Source: Trichomonas gallinae
Taxonomy: Eukaryota
Assembly: GCA_008369845.1 (NCBI GenBank)
Contig: MRSU01010642.1
Span: 1-33,559, forward strand
Length of the DNA: 33,559 nucleotides
Reading direction: 5' to 3'
Shown: in pieces, positions 1 through 10,915 of the stretch
How positions within the stretch are numbered: the first letter of the stretch is position 1
Layout: each line of letters starts with the position of its first letter
Notes under the pieces: model-generated
Told to the model about the DNA's origin: nothing
What the model saw: the letters and a program-made list of their open reading frames with translations, nothing else
Databases searched by the model: none
Program-made: the position numbers and the translations under genes

Positions 1-31
1 TGGCGAAATGAAAAAATCGTGCATTTTTTTT

Positions 32-70
32 GCTCGTGTGTTGGCGGAATAAATCCGCCATGGCACGAGC
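32..70. other. GC-rich hairpin (7+7 bp stems, internal loop, ATAAA terminal loop)
   Basis: GCTCGTG(32-38) pairs with CACGAGC(64-70) and TGGCGGA(42-48) pairs with TCCGCCA(54-60), in very AT-rich surroundings. Preceded by A-T8-G. Confidence 0.7.
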
Positions 71-1133
71 CTTGTAGCAAATCGATTTCTTTCACAAATT
101 TTTGAAAATCTTAAACGTTAAAGATTGAAATTAATTTCTATTGTACAATTAGGGTTTAAAGTATATTAACATATTCAACAATTAGATTATGTTCTTTCTT
201 ATCATCTACCCTAATAGATGACTAACATTAATTAAATTTCGTGATTAACTTGCAATATTAATCAAAAAGCATTATATGCATGAGATTTCATTTATGCTTC
301 TATATTTTTAGTTGTTTGAATGTTAGGGTGTATTAGCATGTATTCAAAGAAATCTGAAATGAATTTCAGGCAATTTAAAGATTTTTATATTTCAAATATT
401 AAAGAAATTGATTACTACACTAGCAATAATGTATGATATAGTTGGATACTTGATTTGAAAAGTTTTCAACCAAAATAAATTATTGTAGCTTTACCTTTCT
501 AAAATTGAGGTGTTTTAATCAGCATTTTCTATCTTGTAGCCAGCCCTGAAGAAACTAATGAGTTATGCCAACCTCATCATTATAACCAAAACACCATTAA
601 TTATTGCATCACAAATTTTACATAAAAAGTTGTCAAATTAATAAGTTACTGGCATGCTAGAAAAATGATTTGTGGCTTTGATTTTGATTATTTGCTCAAA
701 TTCTTTGATCAAATTAAATTTTAATACATTATATGTTTGATGATGTTCTTTCCATATGTATCATGTAGTAAAGTATAGATCTGTTAAAGTTTTATGAATG
801 AGTTATAATTTTATTATTTTTTCGATTTCCGCAATAACAAACAGTTTGATTGGTGTAAATCTACTCTACTATTTGTATACATTTTAAAACACCCAAAATA
901 TAAATAGATTGTCAGTCAAATCTTCTTTCAATTTTTTTCCAAAGCACAAAAACTTCCCATTTCCTATGTTAAAACATTCTATAATGCAGTCGCATCTAAT
1001 TCATCAAGCTTTTTATCATTGGCCTGTTTTCAAATTTGAAAAAATAAATGGAGGATCACATAATATGATATTGTTTTTGATCAAATGAAACAATTATTTT
1101 TGACAATAAAACTTGACATATCTAAGAAATATA

Positions 1134-1172
1134 GTCACTTTTTGAGATAAAGCATTGAAAATTCGTCACTTT
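1134..1172. promoter_or_regulatory. Two GTCACTTT motifs (reverse complement AAAGTGAC, trichomonad M2-like upstream element)
   Basis: GTCACTTT at 1134 and 1165, upstream of the 1315 ATG. The same motif lies upstream of other genes (about 10406, 13910, 24471). The match to M2 is from recall. Confidence 0.45.
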
Positions 1173-1314
1173 TCGTTACATTTTTTTATATCTTAAATAT
1201 TCAGATATTTTAACGACGAAAATGGATATTGCTCCGTTTCATGTTCAATATAACCCACACACATTAAAAAAAATTTTTACGTTAAATCACTTTTTGTGAA
1301 AGATTAAAAAAAAT

Positions 1315-4300
1315 ATGCGTCCCAAGTTCGTTCTCGGACTTAAGGTAGATAACACACACGAGAATGCTAGGGACTCTGATTCGGACGGCAACTTCTTCTC
1401 CTCGGACTCTGGCAATGGGCCAAGCTTATGTCTGCTGGCTTCCAAGCCAGCGCTGAGTTTAAATAAATCAGCAACAACAAATGTCGCGAAAACCAATAAA
1501 ATCGTCAGTTTCACGGACGCCTCCAGCCGAATTACATCATTCGTCAGTCTTTTCACCAATTACCCGAAGGCGCAGCCAACTTTCGACCAAATTAATTTAA
1601 TTCCTGAAACTCAAGCTACGGTTGAATTGACAAAAAACATAAACTTATTTATCAACGGCAAAATTAAATCTCTTAATTACGACACAGAAGCTTACGATGA
1701 CAATATTTTATGTCAAATGGATATCGTAAAGTTCTCTAAAGACAAAAATATACAACTTGAGAAGTACACAAAGTCGAAGCTGGACTCGAGGGTCTCTTCC
1801 TTGTTGTATTTTCTTCTCTCTGATACGCAGGACAAAGGAATTAACGCATTTAATCTCCTCTCGTGTTTGGAGGAATTTATCAAATTTCCTGGCTTCGCGC
1901 CTGTAGCTACATTATTTCCCGATTTTACAGTTAAAAAAGTTATAGAAAAATTAACAAGAATTATTATACAATTATTCCCAAAACATCCAATTTTGGAATC
2001 GGTTATACACAGCTTAGCTGGAATTGACTCTATCGCGTCGGTAGTCATGGAACAACAAAAAGCCCTTAACGCAAAAAAAGTTGAATCTGATGACGAAGAC
2101 AGCGACTCGTTTTTCAACGATCTTAAAGCTATCGCGGAAAAGAAAATAGCGCCTACATTTAAATTGCTCATAGACGAAGAAATAAAGAACCCGTTAGATT
2201 CTATAACGGCGATGCAAAAAATCGAAAAAGTCTCTGTAAACCAGCCCCCGTCTACTGTTACGTATCTACTACACGATGGAACCGAGACTATGGGTCCGCA
2301 GCCATTTTCTACTTGGTTATTGAGTCTGAGAGATAAAACTAAGCCTATTTTCGCAGCAGACACGCAAAAACCAAAAGGAGCGCCACACACATATTCATCA
2401 CACAGCTATCAATCACAGCCGTTATTCAATCCACATACTGTCGACGAAGAAACACCAAAAATTAAAGAATACGACGAACCTTATCTACTTGCTTTATTTG
2501 ATCATATCGATGATACAACAAAACTTCTCCCGCTTCTCCCTTCAACTGAATTAGTCTCGTATTTTCCATTATATTATCCAACGTTAGAATTAATCAACGC
2601 GAAAACTACTGGTGCTGCCATAAAGAGGGGCTGCTTGTATCCCTCGTTGATAGAAGCAGAATATAACGCGCATATAGGACTTTTAGACGGAAATTTGTCT
2701 GTTGTGCTTCAGGCTTTGGAAGCATTGATATATATGACAGCCCAGGACTCCTGGGAAATACTGCCAATAGCGTCACTCAAAACTAAACGAAAAATGCCAA
2801 CAGATCATATAGATACGACAAAAACAATGGTTACAGCTTTAGCACTCGCGGATATAGAATTTGTAATAAACGGAAGGTCACCACTTACTGGTCAGCGGAT
2901 CACTGGAATGATCGATGCTGATAAATTCGCGCATCCAGCAATAGATAAAATTTTAAGACAATCGCAGCTCTACAGGTTATATTCGAAAGAGGAATACCCA
3001 CCTTATGTCGCCTTCAAGGTTTGTTTCGCGACAGCATTAAGCGTTGCCGATTCAAAACCAGAAATGGCTTGTAATTTAATTTTTGAATCCATTTCTCTTC
3101 TTTCTTCAACTCTACCGCAACTTATACACACAGACCCTTGCCGCCATGCTACTCTTTTCCTCGCAGAGATGCTGGAAAAAACGGACAGATATTTCCACGC
3201 AGTTTTAGCTTTCGATAACTTTTTCAGGGCCAATATTAAAGATATGACAGCAGCGTCTGCCATTGCACAGATCGCACATAGAAATAGAGACCTAGTTCGT
3301 GCAGTTTTTCATTATACAGAAGCAATTAAGCAACTCATCGCTCAAAAGTCATGCGATCAGGCTCTTTATCTCGGAAAAACAATTTCATCAATATATTCAG
3401 ACAACGGACTTGATACAATCGCGATAAGTTTATTAACGTATTTAATTAAAGGCACTTACGCGATAAATATACCACATTCTCGCACATCACTGCCTCGAGA
3501 CTTGCCACCAATATCAACAAGCGGCTCTTTGAAGTCACCACGCTCGAAAACGGCACAATTTGCTCCGGTTAAGCCTTTGGATCCAATTAAAGAGTTTATT
3601 CCTGATCCCAAGAGCATAAATACAGTACTTATCGGCTGCCAAACAGTTGGATTCATGCTTTCATGCAGAATGTTTACACAAGCACAAATGTTATTAGATT
3701 CGATATCAGAAAGCGCGGGAAACATCATGAACAAAATGATCTCATTCCTCAGAGCCAAATTATTACTCAAACAGAACAGATTCCACGAATTTATTCAAAA
3801 TCTTCCACAAATCGATAATAATGAACGAAGAATTTCCACAGGATCCAGACTAACAATTGATTCCGGTGCTGCTTTCGACTCCAGAGCTGCTCTAATTAAA
3901 ATGCTCGCTGGAGCATATTGCGAACGCGACATGTTCAAGGAAGGAATCTTCTGGTCTGAAGTCATGATACTCACATCGCCAAGGGCATCACTCAGAGAAA
4001 CTGGCGATGGCTATTTTTACCGCGGAAAATGTTTCTTAACAGCTACAATGGCAGGAATCACAAATAAAGCCCCTATAAACCTTTTCCTGCGCTCATCTAC
4101 ACGAATGGCGAAGGTTGCTAAGTACATTGACGATAAAAAGTCATGGTCTGTCGTTGAATTAGCTTCAGAGTGCTTAAGCAGCCTTTCTATGGCCAGACAA
4201 TGCTACGATAAGATCGGAGCGTTGAAGAAATCAGTAGAAGCTTCTCTTTTATTCGCAGATGCGGTTCTTAGATTTTTCTTCCACGGCACATTATTCCAAA

Positions 4301-6261
4301 ATGACACAATAGAGATCGGAACGATGAAATATTTGCTCACATGCCAGAATAACAAGACACAGGAAGTCCCAAACAGATGTTTCCAGATTAAAAAAGAAGA
4401 TGTAGTCAATGAGATCGGAATTGTTATGAATTTAGTAGACAAAAACACTGCCAGACTCATGAACCCTCTCTTTATCATTTATTCACAGATTTTGCTCTCG
4501 AGATTAAATTATATGAAAGGCGAAACCGAAACAGCCAAGACCTACTACGAATTCGCATGGGGAAACTTCACAAAACACTTCGCAAACGGTCAAGTTTTCG
4601 CTCCAAGGCATCTATCGTTTTCAACGATGCAAACTGTAAGAAATATCGCTACTTTGCTCTGTGACACATTGATAATGTTTCCTATGGAGTTCATCAATAA
4701 CCATTTGGTTGCATTTGACCTTCATTCGTCTGTAAATAGAATAATGCATATGCATCACGCGAATAAAGTACCAGAAACAAAGCATCCGATCACTCCAAGC
4801 GTAGACATGGACAGCGGAATCCTCGAATTGGAAAATCCGAAGGTTCCTGAGTTCATTGATGTATTGAAAGATATAAATGCGATAGAAATTCCACCAGAAA
4901 ACGCAGCATGCCAGAAAACACGCGGATTCAGAGAATGCTTGAGGATAATCAACGCAAACATCAGACAGTTCGAAACACAAAAGCTGACAGAAGACGAAAT
5001 GCACAAACGAAACAGATCCATCTGCCTTCAAATGGAGAAATACGCTGAAGCAACAAGACACGAGTGCGAATCTTTCAACCCAGTCGACACATCGTTCAGC
5101 GTCTGCTTGAGGCACCAAAGCTGCCTGAAGAGGATGATAATCATGACGAAGCTTTTCGAGAACATCGCGATTTATTTGCCGTTTACTGGCGCTGTCAGAC
5201 TTGTTCCCATCTTTTCTTCTCCAGACCCGAAATCATTCACTATCAAGGCAAACGGAGAACCGATACAATTCGCATCCACATCACAGACATTTTCTCACGA
5301 GTTGTTAGAGCAGATGTCCTACTTTTTGTTCATAGACAAGAAGAACAAGACATTAATACCAAAGACTCAGACGGACTTCGACAAAGACTGCAAGAACTTG
5401 TTCGGCGATTTGTTGGACAACGAAGAAATATTCGGAATAAGGGCTCTTAAAGTTCCTGACACTAACAACTTAGGCGACGAATCATTCTTCAAGTCGTCGT
5501 CATTAAAAGGAGCTCTAACGACACTAGATCCCGGTTATCCACTCGTTTTCGTTCTTGGCTTCGAGCTTGCTGCTTTGCCTATAGAATTCCTCTTCCCGAG
5601 CACTTTCGTTGTTCGCGCAATGTCATTCACTCGACTTGTTCTGCACAAAGTTCCTTTGACGTCGTATCCATACGCGTACGCATTCAGGTACACTGAGAAT
5701 CCTGAGCAGCTCCACAACGACGGAATCTCCAGGTCCGTTGACATAGTCAGGCTGGCTTTGTCGACGCTGGGAAACGGAATGCCTGTAGTACAGGGAATCG
5801 TGACAAGCGGCAGAAAAGTACCAATGCCATTCCCGCTGTTTTCGTCTAACAAGTCGAATGAAGTTTACTCAGAAAAGTTCGATTTCTGCCACTTCGTGGA
5901 TATATGCGATGAATCCGGGCCGTGCACAACAATGAAAGACGCGGCACTTGTTGTTTTCACGATGGCGGACTTGGTTGAGATGCCTGACGTTATACATCAA
6001 CTCATGTACAAATATCCATCAACATTCTTCATGTTCATTCCTGGCTCTATTATAAGATTAGCTTTCGCTGACATGAAGCTCATTTTCGCAAGACAGAAGA
6101 TAAGGTTTTTGCACTGCATGTCGAATCCAGATGACCCTGATTTGAGGCTCGACAGGAAGTTCTGCAAGGACGGCGTAATGTTCGTGGGCGCACTGCAGCG
6201 CACGCTCATGGAGAAATATAAGGTCCCAATTGCGCTGTTTTCACCTCTCGGACACACTTGA
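1315..6261 (+). CDS. Large hypothetical protein, 1648 aa; alpha-helical/TPR-like middle, possible degenerate CHAT/separase-like C-terminal region
   Basis: Long ORF with higher GC than its flanks and TCACTTTT (Inr-like) at 1287. TPR-like helices around aa 600-700 and 850-970. C-terminal motif LVFVLGFELAALPIEFL. Confidence 0.9.
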   Translation: MRPKFVLGLKVDNTHENARDSDSDGNFFSSDSGNGPSLCLLASKPALSLNKSATTNVAKTNKIVSFTDASSRITSFVSLFTNYPKAQPTFDQINLIPETQATVELTKNINLFINGKIKSLNYDTEAYDDNILCQMDIVKFSKDKNIQLEKYTKSKLDSRVSSLLYFLLSDTQDKGINAFNLLSCLEEFIKFPGFAPVATLFPDFTVKKVIEKLTRIIIQLFPKHPILESVIHSLAGIDSIASVVMEQQKALNAKKVESDDEDSDSFFNDLKAIAEKKIAPTFKLLIDEEIKNPLDSITAMQKIEKVSVNQPPSTVTYLLHDGTETMGPQPFSTWLLSLRDKTKPIFAADTQKPKGAPHTYSSHSYQSQPLFNPHTVDEETPKIKEYDEPYLLALFDHIDDTTKLLPLLPSTELVSYFPLYYPTLELINAKTTGAAIKRGCLYPSLIEAEYNAHIGLLDGNLSVVLQALEALIYMTAQDSWEILPIASLKTKRKMPTDHIDTTKTMVTALALADIEFVINGRSPLTGQRITGMIDADKFAHPAIDKILRQSQLYRLYSKEEYPPYVAFKVCFATALSVADSKPEMACNLIFESISLLSSTLPQLIHTDPCRHATLFLAEMLEKTDRYFHAVLAFDNFFRANIKDMTAASAIAQIAHRNRDLVRAVFHYTEAIKQLIAQKSCDQALYLGKTISSIYSDNGLDTIAISLLTYLIKGTYAINIPHSRTSLPRDLPPISTSGSLKSPRSKTAQFAPVKPLDPIKEFIPDPKSINTVLIGCQTVGFMLSCRMFTQAQMLLDSISESAGNIMNKMISFLRAKLLLKQNRFHEFIQNLPQIDNNERRISTGSRLTIDSGAAFDSRAALIKMLAGAYCERDMFKEGIFWSEVMILTSPRASLRETGDGYFYRGKCFLTATMAGITNKAPINLFLRSSTRMAKVAKYIDDKKSWSVVELASECLSSLSMARQCYDKIGALKKSVEASLLFADAVLRFFFHGTLFQNDTIEIGTMKYLLTCQNNKTQEVPNRCFQIKKEDVVNEIGIVMNLVDKNTARLMNPLFIIYSQILLSRLNYMKGETETAKTYYEFAWGNFTKHFANGQVFAPRHLSFSTMQTVRNIATLLCDTLIMFPMEFINNHLVAFDLHSSVNRIMHMHHANKVPETKHPITPSVDMDSGILELENPKVPEFIDVLKDINAIEIPPENAACQKTRGFRECLRIINANIRQFETQKLTEDEMHKRNRSICLQMEKYAEATRHECESFNPVDTSFSVCLRHQSCLKRMIIMTKLFENIAIYLPFTGAVRLVPIFSSPDPKSFTIKANGEPIQFASTSQTFSHELLEQMSYFLFIDKKNKTLIPKTQTDFDKDCKNLFGDLLDNEEIFGIRALKVPDTNNLGDESFFKSSSLKGALTTLDPGYPLVFVLGFELAALPIEFLFPSTFVVRAMSFTRLVLHKVPLTSYPYAYAFRYTENPEQLHNDGISRSVDIVRLALSTLGNGMPVVQGIVTSGRKVPMPFPLFSSNKSNEVYSEKFDFCHFVDICDESGPCTTMKDAALVVFTMADLVEMPDVIHQLMYKYPSTFFMFIPGSIIRLAFADMKLIFARQKIRFLHCMSNPDDPDLRLDRKFCKDGVMFVGALQRTLMEKYKVPIALFSPLGHT

Positions 6262-6820
6262 AGACAATTTTTGTATGTTTTTTATATTTTTGATTTATAT
6301 TGTTAAAATACTATTCATTTGTTATTTAATAACCTACAATATTTTTCATCTGATCTCCATCAGTCATTGCTTTTGTCTGCTATATTATGAAGAGTCATCA
6401 ATAATCAAAAAAGAATAAAAAAAAGCATGAGAATACGCAAGAAATTGTTCATCTCCAAAATGATGATAATGAATGATCTGGAGCACGCTTGATTTATTAT
6501 GAAGACAGCATTCATCGCTGAATACGATAATGATCACTGAATCAAGTTCTCATCACTGAATCATTGAACATTTTGGTGATTTTTGAAATAAAAATGTTTG
6601 TTTGATATCATGATGAGATTTTATTGCTTAATTCTTTAAAATGAAGATGTGATGATATAAAAACTTGAATCAAATGCATTTGCCTAGGATTTATATGAAT
6701 TCGAGAATATGAAAAATTCATTTTAAAAATTATGCAAAAATTTATTTTGAAATTGAAGAGAGATGTTTTAGTTGCATAAATACAAGTTGTGAAAGTGCAA
6801 AATAAGAAATAATAATTAAA

Positions 6821-7543
6821 TTAAGCTCCATACTTCCAAGATGAGCCTGTGTAATATGTAAACTCACGGAAATACTGGCAAATTGGCTCACAGCCCATGC
6901 AGAAGTTCTCTTCAAAGTCGTCTTCGTCGAAACTCGAAACTTTGTCAACACGCGTCAAGAATTTCGATGCTGTGATGTAGAACATTGGCTTTTCAACTGA
7001 AAGATCATCAACAACCTTTGGGCCGACAACTTTCCAAGATGGATTAACTATTGGTGGAACTGGGAAGGTTGGCACCTTTGCTCCATCTTTATATCCAACG
7101 AGGACAGAGAGGGCAACATTTTCTCCATCGATTTTTGGTAAAAGAAGGCCAACTAATTGATCGGCCATCTGAATTGTCTCGATTTCAGCGAGAACAATTG
7201 TACTTTCTGGAATTTTCTGGTTGATTACTTCGAGTATCTTTGGAACATCCAATCCTTTGATGGATTCGACTTTACCGTATTCTTTAAATTCTGTATTTGT
7301 CTTCAGAACGCTCAATTTAACTTTCCCGTAGTCCTCGAGGACCTCTGCAACTGGGCGAACGAGAAGACCCGACATTTGATATACTATATCGTGTGAATTT
7401 TTGAAAGTTGATACGAAACCCGAAGATGCGCGCTTAGCGAGGGCATCAAGGTTTGGATACGTTCCCTTCGTAACACGTGGATTGCCGAGAACATTCTCAA
7501 CAACTAATATAACAGCTTTCTCAATAATTCCTGCTTGAATCAT
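6821..7543 (-). CDS. Conserved protein resembling a shortened ApgM/cofactor-independent phosphoglycerate mutase-like fold (KYGA-terminal family)
   Basis: N-terminal AVILVVENV..YPNLDALAKRASSG and C-terminal RVDKVSSFDE...GSSWKYGA resemble ApgM termini (PNMDxLA..G; DxVxxFDE; KFGA) and an uncharacterised plant family ending in KYGA. Confidence 0.75.
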   Translation of the reverse strand: MIQAGIIEKAVILVVENVLGNPRVTKGTYPNLDALAKRASSGFVSTFKNSHDIVYQMSGLLVRPVAEVLEDYGKVKLSVLKTNTEFKEYGKVESIKGLDVPKILEVINQKIPESTIVLAEIETIQMADQLVGLLLPKIDGENVALSVLVGYKDGAKVPTFPVPPIVNPSWKVVGPKVVDDLSVEKPMFYITASKFLTRVDKVSSFDEDDFEENFCMGCEPICQYFREFTYYTGSSWKYGA

Positions 7544-7735
7544 TCCTAATATTAAAAAAAATTTTGTCGCATCGTTAAATTTCTACTTTACATGGCAAAA
7601 ATTTATTCATTCTTTCATTAAATCTTTATTTATTATATGTTTTAAAATATATAGTCATGATGGAACAGTTTGCTCAGAGAAGATCACATATATAATGTTT
7701 AGATTCACGAAAAAAGTGATTTTTTGATCAATATT

Positions 7736-7867
7736 TATAATTTACATGTCAAATATTTATTACTTTGCAGAATATTGATTAACACTATCTAATATTAATA
7801 TATTTTGGGATAAATACGTCAATAAATAATTTTGACAAAAATTATATAATTTGACATGTAAATTATA
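7736..7867. mobile_element. Candidate MITE-like element with 19-bp perfect terminal inverted repeats
   Basis: TATAATTTACATGTCAAAT (7736-7754) and its exact reverse complement ATTTGACATGTAAATTATA (7849-7867) flank a non-coding AT-rich interior. Confidence 0.4.
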
Positions 7868-8488
7868 CAAAACTCGGGAAAATCTGATGATCTGCCATGT
7901 AATGCTTATAATTTAACTTCTTGTTTATGAAACACTCAGTTTTCCCATGTCAACGATTCAAATAAGAATATATTTAAGACATTGCTTAAATACGTTAATG
8001 AGTTTACGCCAGCTACACGCATTATTCAATTATAAACAATTCTTTCTTAAAAGCTCGAATGAAAACATATACAATTATACGATACAATTAACATCTTAAC
8101 CGACTTTTGATGGAAACAAATTTATTTTGCATTATTCGAAATCTGAGCAAATCGAATATTAGCAGTATGGAGACCGAGCATGACGGAATCTGCCAAAATA
8201 ATCACTTTATTACCACATTTACTGCCACTGATCATGAAAAAATCTTAAATAGAATCTATAAATAAAGAGCCGTCAGATTTGGTGATCGGAGATGAAGTTG
8301 ATCGATTAGTGGTCGTATCAATTTCAAGAAACACCCATTAGATATAATTGCTATAGATACGCATTCTGTACCATTGCTATAGAGCAAATCGTTGGATTTC
8401 AAAAATTAATTTTCAAATAAAAATTTAGATAAAAAGATGAGAAGATTAGTATACAAGCACTTTTATGAATAGTAATTTGGATAATATT

Positions 8489-8773
8489 TTAGCTGGAGAT
8501 GAGCTCACGGCGGTCCTGGCAAATAATGCAATCTGCGCAGAATGTTGTGCAGAGGCAATCCATGATGTCATCGCCAGATTCGCCTCTCTTCTTGAGAACA
8601 GCCTTACGAACCCAGTAAGGATGAACGACCATGCAGATGTAGATCCATGTGCATTCCTCATCACGGACCTTAGCCCAGTTTTCGCCGTTAGCGCATGGGA
8701 AGCAGAAGAATGTGTAAACGCAGCCCATGATATCCTTGAAGCATCCGAACTGACCACCTTCGTAATCGTACAT
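8489..8773 (-). CDS. PLAC8 family cysteine-rich protein (94 aa)
   Basis: FGCFKD..GCVYTFFCFPC, R..V....G..GDDIMDCL...FC..C.ICQD.REL is the canonical PLAC8/DUF614 pattern. Confidence 0.9.
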   Translation of the reverse strand: MYDYEGGQFGCFKDIMGCVYTFFCFPCANGENWAKVRDEECTWIYICMVVHPYWVRKAVLKKRGESGDDIMDCLCTTFCADCIICQDRRELISS

Positions 8774-10537
8774 ATTGCTAAAATGAACTGAAAAACGGTT
8801 TTAGAGCATGTTCATTAAATTTCTTTATATTTATATATAATGATCATAAAATGTTAGAATGAGTCAATGCCAGTTTAATATCGTTCATTAAAAAAGCATT
8901 CTATCAAAACTAAAACCGAAAACTTTTTATGATAATAAGCTTAAAATTATATAACAATCAAAAATACGAAACCTAAAAGCTTTTAAATGCTTGCTCTCAA
9001 ACTATCGTTTTTGTATCATTTGTTGTATTTGGATATGCTAATGTTTTCGACAAAATGTTGACGACCAAAATAATTTTATAATGCATTCAAAAAATTACAT
9101 TTTGGATCCATTGAAATTTATATAAAATAATGATGTTTATAATGAGTAGTGACACCAGTTAAAAAATGAATAGTATCTTATGAAATTTATGAAATATGTT
9201 TAAAAGAATACAAACATTATAAAGATAAAAAGTTTAAAATAAAACACGTTATTTGATTAAATTCACTTTTGATTTTGATTTGAAAGATTCGACATCGTTA
9301 ATTGTCTTTATAATATAGGTGCTAGCTCTTCAATATATTCATGCCATAACTCATTTCCTAGAACTGCAAAAATGGTTGATTTTCGATATATTTTCTGAAA
9401 TCTCGCTTACATTGCCTTTTTTACGTTTAAAATGTAACTAATAGTAAAGAAGATCGATATTTTATAGTTCTACATTTGAATTACTTCGAATTTTTTATAG
9501 GGTATTTATTTTTAGTTTTTTATTTCTTTGGAACGCAGATTAGTAATATGCATTAACTATTTATTATCATTTTGCAATTGACAATCAAATTACATGTCAA
9601 TGACGTGGCAATCCAATATAACAGTGCAGTCCTTATTCCGTAATTAATGGATTGTCTGTTATTGATTTAAAGAAGTCAATTCTGAATTCTTTTTAACTCT
9701 GTGACTCACAAATCAATAGCAAATTTTTGATTTATGTCACTGCATTGAAATAACAGTATAACTTTGAGGTCTAAGTGATATGAATTCAAAATAAGAAGAA
9801 TTGTTTTCGTTTCGCAACTTGCTGATAAATCGATGTATGGGTTAGCTTATTTTTGAGTGGTAAACAAAGATAACTTGTATATATTTGAATGGTTTTTCGC
9901 GTGTTGTTCGCTGACTCGATGATTTTTGTATGTTTGTAAAATGAAATTTCGTAATCTAAAAAAATGAATGACGATTTCTATTTAACTTCAAATAGTTGTA
10001 ATACTTCTATGTGTATTCTTAGGATTTAACGAATTAATTAAATTTTGATCAAAATTCGAGAAAAGCTAATCTATATAGTCCTTTTATTTTCCATTTGCTC
10101 ATATTTTGATTACCTTGTCATGATATAATAACTGTGGATGAGCAGCTCATGTGCAACTTTTGTGTTAATAACAGAAAATGTAATTATGATTGAAATGAAC
10201 TTAAGGCTATCAACATCTGATCACACCAACAATATAAATGAATAAATTCATGGATGATATCGAATAAAAAAATGCATCAAAAAATATTAACCTTATATAT
10301 TATACCTATTGCGAATTCAATGTATCAATAGAAATATATTTTACCATTGCAGTTATATGATACGCATGATAAATAATTGTATATTTTAAATTTGCCATGT
10401 AAAATGTCACTTTTACGAGTTCAGCACACAAATTGAAAATATTTTTGACATATTGATGACTTTACGTGTCATGATGTAAAAAAGTAGTGACGATAGGTTA
10501 TATTAGGTCAGATGAAAATCAATTTTCTTCTTTTTCG

Positions 10538-10915
10538 ATGAGAAAAAGGACGAAAATTACGACTAGAGAATTACCAGCAATGACTACACATGATGAAGCG
10601 AAAACAGAAAAATCAGCTGAAAATAGTGATTCTACGATTCAAAGAAATATTCAAGATTTAGAATTATTAAGTGTCGAACCACAAAATGACGTAAATATGT
10701 GCATAATAGACCCTAGTAATAACGTTGATACAAACAAAACAATTGGTTGGCAAAAAATAACAAGCGAGAAAGATCTTGATATAGAAATATGCAAAGAATA
10801 CTATACAACTGGTTACTGTTCATCAGGATGGGCCTGCAAGTTTGTTCACGCGCGTGATAGAGTAGCTTTGGAATATGATTTAGATCGAAATTTCGAAAAC
10901 AAAATCATTTGCTAA
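10538..10915 (+). CDS. CCCH zinc-finger protein, Cwc24/RNF113-like, lacking the RING domain
   Basis: EICKEYYTTGYCSSGWACKFVHARD matches the Cwc24/RNF113 CCCH motif (DICKDYKETGxCGFGDSCKFLHDR). First in-frame ATG is at 10538; the track start is a GTG. Confidence 0.75.
   Translation: MRKRTKITTRELPAMTTHDEAKTEKSAENSDSTIQRNIQDLELLSVEPQNDVNMCIIDPSNNVDTNKTIGWQKITSEKDLDIEICKEYYTTGYCSSGWACKFVHARDRVALEYDLDRNFENKIIC

Noticed and set aside
1287..6418. Many short antisense or alternate-frame ORFs inside the 1648-aa gene (and likewise in other long genes)
   Set aside because: Typical antisense shadows produced by codon bias, with no motifs.
8446..8791. ORFs 8465-8791(+) and 8446-8757(-) overlapping PLAC8
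   Set aside because: Shadow frames of a short GC-richer gene; only the PLAC8 frame has family motifs.
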